From Nemertoderma westbladi (taxonomy: Eukaryota; Animalia; Xenacoelomorpha), in NCBI GenBank assembly GCA_032718475.1, contig JAUCBJ010005217.1, positions 1-58,164 on the forward strand: a stretch of 58,164 bases of DNA, written 5' to 3'. How positions within the stretch are numbered: position 1 is the first letter of the stretch; every line of letters begins with the position of its first letter. Below the pieces are notes generated by a model, which was given only the letters and a program-made list of their open reading frames with translations, searched no databases and had not been told where the DNA came from. Of the stretch, positions 47,401 through 58,164 are shown in pieces. The position numbers were made by a program, and so were the translations under genes.

Positions 47401-49556
47401 CAGTAATTGAAAAGGGTAACTCAGATATACAGAGAATGTGGTTAACATGGTTGATCACACTGTAGGTTTACTGTAGGTCCATTATTTAACGACATGCAAT
47501 CCCATAGCTGCGCAGGCCCTGCAGACTGCAGGATTTAATTAATACACATGCTGACATGTATGGTGATATACAGTACCTTCAGGGATAATCCACCTGCCCA
47601 ATTACATTAATTAACATCCTGATAAATTTATTAAACTTAATTAAAATTTCACTATTCCAGTCACGAGGAGATAACTGTTCGCGTGTGGTGCATAGCGACA
47701 TGAAGACATCTGATATTCCCATTGAAAACACGAAATCTTTAAGTTGTGAATAGCCAGCCAATCGCGGAATGGAATTAAAAATCTTATCAGTGATTGGCTA
47801 TTCATTAGCCTTTACTTTATACTAAACGGTAAACATCTTTGGAGGGAAATTTAATTATAAGACATACTGGAATGTGGACTGTGGAAGATGCAGAATACAT
47901 TTCATCAACTATCAGACTATCAGCACACAGCCATAGTCAGGGAGTTCGATTATATTCGGTATTTACGTAGCAAAACACAAACATATAGGCCTACTTCTGT
48001 AAGAATACCGGTAGGCGTAGGCCATCTAACTATTAATTGGGTTGAGTTTTGAGTTGTCTGAATGGCATCAGGGCATGACATCCTGATTGCAGTGGACCTG
48101 ATGCTCGGCCAACGCTGTGGTCTTTAACGTCCAGTATTCAGAGTCACAGTTCACAGTCAATCTGTGGCAATCAGCTGATTCATTTGACAGGTTTGTCTGT
48201 TTGTGTTACAAATTAATTTTTATTATAGATTATGTGATTTCCCCATCGCGCCAGCGGTGCGGATCGAAGACTAAACAAAACTTTCTGACCTTTATGTATT
48301 TATTTTCGATTTCGTACTATCAAATTCAAATACCGGTACTACACCAACACCACCAGAGTGCTACTACTGTAATACTGTAGATTATAAGTAGGTAGGACTG
48401 CAGTAAGTACCGGTAGCCTAGCAGGATGCGAGGCCGAAGCACAAGCACCCAGACTTAGTCTAATCTAACCAATACAAATGCAACCAAACCTCGTGGAAGA
48501 AACGCCCTTCCTTAACCAAAACCTAAAATATGCCGGTAATCCGAACAAGTGGCGGGTGCAGGGTGGCGCGGCAGGACTACTGGACTAGTTTTTCCGCAGC
48601 TCTCCACTCTCAGATAAGAGCTTTTCTGACACTGGCGACACTTTTAGTACCGATACTGACATCGCTGACTCAACTAGTCTCGAAAGCATTCTACATCTAC
48701 ATCTTCAACAGGCCATAGAATGTGCGGTTGTTTAACAGTTTAATCATTAATGGGGAAAAATTCCCGTTAAATAAATGATTCCTAACCCTAAGTGACCAAA
48801 CGCCCAGTTTTGGTACGGTTTCGGTATTGCATTAAAAAAGTAAGTATTTCTTAGGCCTCAGCAATAATAAATTGTGAATGTTTCTGATATGTTAAAATTG
48901 CAATTTATCTGGTGTAAAGGGTAGGCCACCTAACCAAAATCAACGACATTTAATCTTGATATTTATCAGTTTCAGGGATATTGAATTATTTAATTATCAT
49001 CCAAACATTCGGATAAATAAGATGAAATATGCATGTAGAATATACTGTTGGTAGCGCACAAACTAGGTAGGTTGTTAAGAGGTGGTTTACTAAATTATTA
49101 AAATAAATAAATTTTTTAAAATTATTATTATTATTGCATATTATTATTAAAAGAATTAGAGTTCCAGGGTCTTTAAAAATATTGCTTTCCGCAACGATGT
49201 GGTGTTTGGTGGGATCCCCTCGCAGATTGTGTAATGTAAGTTCGTATCCGCAGCGCGGTGACACAGTTTGCATTTGCAGGTATCAGGTTTCAGGGATATG
49301 ATTACCGGTAATTAATTAGTTCTTAATTTAATGGTAAATATGTCTCCTTTTCTAATATCCTTACAACGCATAGTAATTTTTCAGGGACCTCGTGTTGTTT
49401 AGCCTACAGTATAGTAACTGGGTTATTTATTATCGACTACAGAGTTATGAATTGCGTTATATCCCAACTACCTATTACCGCGGTAAAACTATACAAGAGC
49501 GACTACGTTTTTATAGGTGAGTAACATACATGAGTAATTGCGTATCTGAGTATGGG

Positions 49557-52500
49557 AGATCGGTTATACTGGCCACTGCTACAGATCGGTTCTACTGGCC
49601 ACTGCTACAGATCGGTTCTACTGGCCACTACCACAGATCGGTTCTACTGGCCACTGCTACAGATCGGTTCTACTGGCCACTACCACAGATCGGTTCTACT
49701 GGCCACTGCCACAGATCGGTTCTACTGGCCACTGCCACAGATCGGTTCTACTGGCCACTGCTACAGATCGGTTATACTGGCCACTGCTACAGATCGGTTC
49801 TACTGGCCACTGCTACAGATCGGTTCTACTGGCCACTGCTACAGATCGGTTCTACTGGCCACTACTACAGATCGGTTCTACTGGCCACTGCTACAGATCG
49901 GTTCTACTGGCCACTACCACAGATCGGTTCTACTGGCCACTGCTACAGATCGGTTCTACTGGCCACTACCACAGATCGGTTCTACTGGCCACTGCCACAG
50001 ATCGGTTCTACTGGCCACTGCCACAGATCGGTTCTACTGGCCACTGCTACAGATCGGTTATACTGGCCACTGCTACAGATCGGTTCTACTGGCCACTGCT
50101 ACAGATCGGTTCTACTGGCCACTGCTACAGATCGGTTCTACTGGCCACTACCACAGATCGGTTCTACTGGCCACTGCTACAGATCGGTTCTACTGGCCAC
50201 TGCCACAGATCGCTTCTACTGGCCAGGCCACTGTCAAAGATCGGTTCTACTGGCCACTGCCACAGATCGGTTCTACTGGCCACTGCTACAGATCGGTTTT
50301 ACTGGCCACTACCACAGATCGGTTCTACTGGCCACTGCCCCAGATCGGTTCTACCGGCCACTACCACAGATCGGTTCTACTGGCCACTGCTACAGATCGG
50401 TTCTACTGGCCACTGCCACAGATCGGTTCTACTGGCCACTGCCACAGATCGGTTCTACTGGCCACTGCTACAGATCGGTTCTACTGGCCACTGCTACAGA
50501 TCGGTTCTACTGGCCACTGCTACAGATCGGTTCTACTGGCCACTGCCACAGATCGGTTCTACCGGCCACTACCACAGATCGGTTCTGCCGGCCACTACCA
50601 CAGATCGGTTCTACTGGCCACTGCTACAGATCGGTTCTACTGGCCACTGCCACAGATCTGTTCTACTGGCCACTACCACAGATCGGTTCTACTGGCCACT
50701 GCCACAGATCGGTTCTACTGGCCACTACCACAGATCGGTTCTACTTGCCACTGCTACAGATCGGTTCTACTGGCCACTACCACAGATCGGTTCTACTGGC
50801 CACTGCCACAGATCGGTTATACTGGCCACTGCTACAGATCGGTTCTACTTGCCACTGCCACAGATCGCTTCTACTGGCCAGGCCACTGTCAAAGATCGGT
50901 TCTACTGGCCACTGCCACAGATCGGTTCTACTGGCCACTGCTACAGATCGGTTCTACTGGCCACTACCACAGATCGGTTCTACTGGCCACTGCCACAGAT
51001 CGGTTCTACTGGCCACTGCCACAGATCGGTTCTACTGGCCACTGCTACAGATCGGTTATACTGGCCACTGCTACAGATCGGTTCTACAGGCCACTGCTAC
51101 AGATCGGTTCTACTGGCCACTACCACAGATCGGTTCTACTGGCCACTGCTACAGATCGGTTATACTGGCCACTACCACAGATCGGTTATACTGGCCACTG
51201 CTACAGATCGGTTCTACTGGCCACTGCCACAGATCGGTTCTACTGGCCACTGCTACTGATCGGTTATACTGGCCACTGCTACAGATCGGTTCTACTGGCC
51301 ACTGCTACAGATCGGTTCTACTGGCCACTACCACAGATCGGTTCTACTGGCCACTGCTACAGATCGGTTATACTGGCCACTACCACAGATCGGTTGTACT
51401 GGCCACTGCTACAGATCGGTTCTACTGGCCACTGCCACAGATCGCTTCTACTGGCCAGGCCACTGTCAAAGATCGGTTCTACTGGCCACTGCCACAGATC
51501 GGTTCTACTGGCCACTGCCACAGATCGGTTCTACCGGCCACTACCACAGATCGGTTCTACCGGCCATTACCACAGATTGGTTCTACTGGCCACTGCCACA
51601 GATCGGTTCTACCGGCCACTACCACAGATCGGTTCTACCGGCCATTACCACAGATTGGTTCTACTGGCCACTGCCACAGATCGGTTCTACTGGACTTTAC
51701 CACAGAACGGTTCTACTGGCCACTGCCACAGATCGCTTCCACTGGCTAGGCCACTGTCAAAGATCGGTTCTACTGGCCACTGCCACATATCGGTTATACT
51801 GGCCACTGCTACAGATCGGTTCTACTGGCCACTACCACAGATCGGTTCTACTGGCCACTGCTACAGATCGGTTATACTGGCCACTACCACAGATCGGTTA
51901 TACTGGCCACTACCACACGTCGGTTCCACTGGCCACTGCCACAGATCGGTACTACTGGCCACTACCACAGATCGGTTCTACTGGCCACTGCTACAGATCG
52001 GTTCTACTGGCCACTACCACAGTTCGGTTCTACTGGCCACTGCCACAGATCGGTTCTACTGGCCACTGCCACAGATCGGTTCTACTGGCCACTGCTACAG
52101 ATCGGTTATACTGGCCACTGCTACAGATCGGTTCTACTGGCCACTGCTACAGATCGGTTCTACTGGCCACTACCACAGATCGGTTCTAATGGCCACTGCT
52201 ACAGATCGGTTATACTGGCCACTACCACAGATCGGTTATACTGGCCACTGCTACAGATCGGTTCTACTGGCCGCTGCCACAGATCGCTTCTACTGGCCAG
52301 GCCACTGTCAAAGATCGGTTCTACTAGCCACTGCCACAGATCGGTTCTACTGGCCACTGCCACAGATCGGTTCTACCGGCCACTACCACAGATCGGTTCT
52401 ACTGGCCACTGCCACAGATCGGTTCTACTGGCCACTGCCACAGATCGGTTCTACTGGCCACTGCTACAGATCGGTTCTACTGGCCACTACCACAGATCGG

Positions 52501-55500
52501 TTCTACTGGCCACTGCTACAGATCGGTTCTACTGGCCACTACCACAGATCGGTTCTACTGGCCACTGCCACAGATCGGTTCTACTGGCCACTGCCACAGA
52601 TCGGTTCTACTGGCCACTGCTACAGATCGGTTATACTGGCCACTGCTACAGATCGGTTCTACTGGCCACTGCTACAGATCGGTTCTACTGGCCACTGCTA
52701 CAGATCGGTTCTACTGGCCACTACCACAGATCGGTTCTACTGGCCACTGCTACAGATCGGCTATACTGGCCACTACCACAGATCGGTTATACTGGGCACT
52801 GCTACAGATCGGTTCTACTGGCCACTGCCACAGATCGCTTCTACTGGCCAGGCCACTGTCAAAGATCGGTTCTACTGGCCACTGCCACAGATCGGTTCTA
52901 CTGGCCACTGCTACAGATCGGTTTTACTGGCCACTACCACAGATCGGTTCTACTGGCCACTGCCCCAGATCGGTTCTACCGGCCACTACCACAGATCGGT
53001 TCTACTGGCCACTGCTACAGATCGGTTCTACTGGCCACTGCCACAGATCGGTTCTACTGGCCACTGCCACAGATCGGTTCTACTGGCCACTGCTACAGAT
53101 CGGTTCTACTGGCCACTGCTACAGATCGGTTCTACTGGCCACTGCTACAGATCGGTTCTACTGGCCACTGCCACAGATCGGTTCTACCGGCCACTACCAC
53201 AGATCGGTTCTACCGGCCACTACCACAGATCGGTTCTACTGGCCACTGCTACAGATCGGTTCTACTGGCCACTGCCACAGATCTGTTCTACTGGCCACTA
53301 CCACAGATCGGTTCTACTGGCCACTGCTACAGATCGGTTCTACTGGCCACTACCACAGATCGGTTCTACTGGCCACTGCCACAGATCGGTTCTACTGGCC
53401 ACTGCCACAGATCGGTTCTACTGGCCACTGCTACAGATCGGTTATACTGGCCACTGCTACAGATCGGTTCTACTGGCCACTGCTACAGATCGGTTCTACT
53501 GGCCACTGCTACAGATCGGTTCTACTTGCCACTACCACAGATCGGTTCTACTGGCCACTGCCACAGATCGGTTATACTGGCCACTGCTACAGATCGGTTC
53601 TACTGGCCACTGCCACAGATCGCTTCTACTGGCCAGGCCACTGTCAAAGATCGGTTCTACTGGCCACTGCCACAGATCGGTTCTACTGGCCACTGCTACA
53701 GATCGGTTCTACTGGCCACTGCTACAGATCGGTTCTACTGGCCACTGCTACAGATCGGTTCTACTGGCCACTGCCACAGATCGGTTCTACTGGCCACTAC
53801 CACAGATCGGTTCTACTTGCCACTGCTACAGATCGGTTCTACTGGCCACTACCACAGATCGGTTCTACTGGCCACTGCCACAGATCGGTTATACTGGCCA
53901 CTGCTACAGATCGGTTCTACTGGCCACTGCCACAGATAGCTTCTACTGGCCAGGCCACTGTCAATGATCGGTTCTACTGGCCACTGCCACAGATCGGTTC
54001 TACTGGCCACTGCTACAGATCGGTTCTACTGGCCACTACCACAGATCGGTTCTACTGGCCACTGTCACAGATCGGTTCTACTGGCCACTGCCACAGATCG
54101 GTTCTACTGGCCACTGCTACAGATCGGTTATACTGGCCACTGCTACAGATCGGTTCTACTGGCCACTGCTACAGATCGGTTCTACTGGCCACTACCACAG
54201 ATCGGTTCTACTGGCCACTGCTACAGATCGGTTATACTGGCCACTACCACAGATCGGTTATACTGGCCACTGCTACAGATCGGTTCTACTGGCCACTGCC
54301 ACAGATCGGTTCTACTGGCCACTGCTACTGATCGGTTATACTGGCCACTGCTACAGATCGGTTCTACTGGCCACTGCTACAGATCGGTTCTACTGGCCAC
54401 TACCACAGATCGGTTCTACTGGCCACTGCTACAGATCGGTTATACTGGCCACTACCACAGATCGGTTGTACTGGCCACTGCTACAGATCGGTTCTACTGG
54501 CCACTGCCACAGATCGCTTCTACTGGCCAGGCCACTGTCAAAGATCGGTTCTACTGGCCACTGCCACAGATCGGTTCTACTGGCCACTGCCACAGATCGG
54601 TTCTACCGGCCACTACCACAGATCGGTTCTACCGGCCATTACCACAGATTGGTTCTACTGGCCACTGCCACAGATCGGTTCTACCGGCCACTACCACAGA
54701 TCGGTTCTACCGGCCATTACCACAGATTGGTTCTACTGGCCACTGCCACAGATCGGTTCTACTGGACTTTACCACAGAACGGTTCTACTGGCCACTGCCA
54801 CAGATCGCTTCCACTGGCTAGGCCACTGTCAAAGATCGGTTCTACTGGCCACTGCCACATATCGGTTATACTGGCCACTGCTACAGATCGGTTCTACTGG
54901 CCACTACCACAGATCGGTTCTACTGGCCACTGCTACAGATCGGTTATTCTGGCCACTACCACAGATCGGTTATACTGGCCACTGCTACAGATCGGTTTTA
55001 CTGGCCACTGCCACAGATCGGTTCTACTGGCCACTGCTACTGATCGGTTATACTGGCCACTGCTACAGATCGGTTCTACTGGCCACTGCTACAGATCGGT
55101 TCTACTGGCCACTACCACAGATCGGTTCTACTGGCCACTGCTACAGATCGGTTATACTGGCCACTACCACAGATCCGTTGTACTGGCCACTGCTACAGAT
55201 CGGTTCTACTGGCCACTGCCACAGATCGCTTCTACTGGCCAGGCCACTGTCAAAGATCGGTTCTACTGGCCACTGCCACAGATCGGTTCTACTGGCCACT
55301 GCCACAGATCGGTTCTACCGGCCACTACCACAGATCGGTTCTACCGGCCATTACCACAGATTGGTTCTACTGGCCACTGCCACAGATCGGTTCTACCGGC
55401 CACTACCACAGATCGGTTCTACCGGCCATTACCACAGATTGGTTCTACTGGCCACTGCCACAGATCGGTTCTACTGGACTTTACCACAGAACGGTTCTAC

Positions 55501-58164
55501 TGGCCACTGCCACAGATCGCTTCCACTGGCTAGGCCACTGTCAAAGATCGGTTCTACTGGCCACTGCCACATATCGGTTATACTGGCCACTGCTACAGAT
55601 CGGTTCTACTGGCCACTACCACAGATCGGTTCTACTGGCCACTGCTACAGATCGGTTATACTGGCCACTACCACAGATCGGTTATACTGGCCACTACCAC
55701 ACGTCGGTTCCACTGGCCACTGCCACAGATCGGTACTACTGGCCACTACCACAGATCGGTTCTACTGGCCACTGCTACAGATCGGTTCTACTGGCCACTA
55801 CCACAGTTCGGTTCTACTGGCCACTGCCACAGATCGGTTCTACTGGCCACTGCCACAGATCGGTTCTACTGGCCACTGCTACAGATCGGTTATACTGGCC
55901 ACTGCTACAGATCGGTTCTACTGGCCACTGCTACAGATCGGTTCTACTGGCCACTACCACAGATCGGTTCTAATGGCCACTGCTACAGATCGGTTATACT
56001 GGCCACTACCACAGATCGGTTATACTGGCCACTGCTACAGATCGGTTCTACTGGCCGCTGCCACAGATCGCTTCTACTGGCCAGGCCACTGTCAAAGATC
56101 GGTTCTACTAGCCACTGCCACAGATCGGTTCTACTGGCCACTGCCACAGATCGGTTCTACCGGCCACTACCACAGATCGGTTCTACTGGCCACTGCCACA
56201 GATCGGTTCTACTGGCCACTGCCACAGATCGGTTCTACTGGCCACTGCTACAGATCGGTTCTACTGGCCACTACCACAGATCGGTTCTACTGGCCACTGC
56301 TACAGATCGGTTCTACTGGCCACTACCACAGATCGGTTCTACTGGCCACTGCCACAGATCGGTTCTACTGGCCACTGCCACAGATCGGTTCTACTGGCCA
56401 CTGCTACAGATCGGTTATACTGGCCACTGCTACAGATCGGTTCTACTGGCCACTGCTACAGATCGGTTCTACTGGCCACTGCTACAGATCGGTTCTACTG
56501 GCCACTACCACAGATCGGTTCTACTGGCCACTGCTACAGATCGGCTATACTGGCCACTACCACAGATCGGTTATACTGGGCACTGCTACAGATCGGTTCT
56601 ACTGGCCACTGCCACAGATCGCTTCTACTGGCCAGGCCACTGTCAAAGATCGGTTCTACTGGCCACTGCCACAGATCGGTTCTACTGGCCACTGCTACAG
56701 ATCGGTTTTACTGGCCACTACCACAGATCGGTTCTACTGGCCACTGCCCCAGATCGGTTCTACCGGCCACTACCACAGATCGGTTCTACTGGCCACTGCT
56801 ACAGATCGGTTCTACTGGCCACTGCCACAGATCGGTTCTACTGGCCACTGCCACAGATCGGTTCTACTGGCCACTGCTACAGATCGGTTCTACTGGCCAC
56901 TGCTACAGATCGGTTCTACTGGCCACTGCTACAGATCGGTTCTACTGGCCACTGCCACAGATCGGTTCTACCGGCCACTACCACAGATCGGTTCTACCGG
57001 CCACTACCACAGATCGGTTCTACTGGCCACTGCTACAGATCGGTTCTACTGGCCACTGCCACAGATCTGTTCTACTGGCCACTACCACAGATCGGTTCTA
57101 CTGGCCACTGCTACAGATCGGTTCTACTGGCCACTACCACAGATCGGTTCTACTGGCCACTGCCACAGATCGGTTCTACTGGCCACTGCCACAGATCGGT
57201 TCTACTGGCCACTGCTACAGATCGGTTATACTGGCCACTGCTACAGATCGGTTCTACCGGCCACTACCACAGATCGGTTCTACTGGCCACTGCTACAGAT
57301 CGGTTCTACTGGCCACTGCCACAGATCGGTTCTACTGGCCACTGCCACAGATCGGTTCTACTGGCCACTGCTACAGATCGGTTCTACTGGCCACTGCTAC
57401 AGATCGGTTCTACTGGCCACTGCTACAGATCGGTTCTACTGGCCACTGCCACAGATCGGTTCTACCGGCCACTACCACAGATCGGTTCTACCGGCCACTA
57501 CCACAGATCGGTTCTACTGGCCACTGCTACAGATCGGTTCTACTGGCCACTGCCACAGATCTGTTCTACTGGCCACTACCACAGATCGGTTCTACTGGCC
57601 ACTGCTACAGATCGGTTCTACTGGCCACTACCACAGATCGGTTCTACTGGCCACTGCCACAGATCGGTTCTACTGGCCACTGCCCCAGATCGGTTCTACC
57701 GGCCACTACCACAGATCGGTTCTACTGGCCACTGCTACAGATCGGTTCTACTGGCCACTGCCACAGATCGGTTCTACTGGCCACTGCCACAGATCGGTTC
57801 TACTGGCCACTGCTACAGATCGGTTCTACTGGCCACTGCTACAGATCGGTTCTACTGGCCACTGCTACAGATCGGTTCTACTGGCCACTGCCACAGATCG
57901 GTTCTACCGGCCACTACCACAGATCGGTTCTACCGGCCACTACCACAGATCGGTTCTACTGGCCACTGCTACAGATCGGTTCTACTGGCCACTGCCACAG
58001 ATCTGTTCTACTGGCCACTACCACAGATCGGTTCTACTGGCCACTGCTACAGATCGGTTCTACTGGCCACTACCACAGATCGGTTCTACTGGCCACTGCC
58101 ACAGATCGGTTCTACTGGCCACTGCCACAGATCGGTTCTACTGGCCACTGCTACAGATCGGTTA
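49557..58164. repeat. 26-bp satellite array (ACAGATCGGTTCTACTGGCCACTGCT), over 8.6 kb, runs off the window
   Basis: Tandem units with GCT/GCC/ACC variants and recurrent marker units. Confidence 0.98.

Noticed and set aside
48420-48735. GC-richer segment with short open frames
   Set aside because: No motif or consistent exon boundaries identified.
49530-55533. 739-1471-aa repetitive ORFs
   Set aside because: 26-bp satellite lacking stops on the + strand; overlapping frames give the same peptide.

Overview
Eukaryotic (metazoan, probably invertebrate) repeat-dense DNA; no prokaryotic genes or CRISPR. Nearly all long ORFs are TE-derived or satellite artefacts. Contents: (1) 2.3-6.5 kb: two paralogous exons, one completing a probable 3-exon secreted prohormone-like gene, among MITEs, SINEs and minisatellites. 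(2) 10.6-25.1 kb: a 38-bp satellite interleaved with RTE, L2 and RTEX-like LINE pieces, a 2,884-bp tandem duplication and a TTAA-inserted DNA element. (3) 29.3-39.9 kb: a young BEL/Pao LTR element (CCAAT TSD) nested in an RTE LINE. It keeps Gag-protease, has lost RT, most of RNase H and integrase in frame, carries an extra zinc-knuckle ORF, and has no tRNA PBS but an 11-nt PBS-position sequence complementary to its own LTR (Tf1-like self-priming candidate). (4) 40.2-40.7 kb: an inverted-repeat insert holding a tRNA-derived Pol III head fused to a minimal hammerhead ribozyme. (5) 49.6 kb-end: a 26-bp satellite with higher-order structure. Coordinates were read by eye; family calls rest on motif recognition, not database searches.
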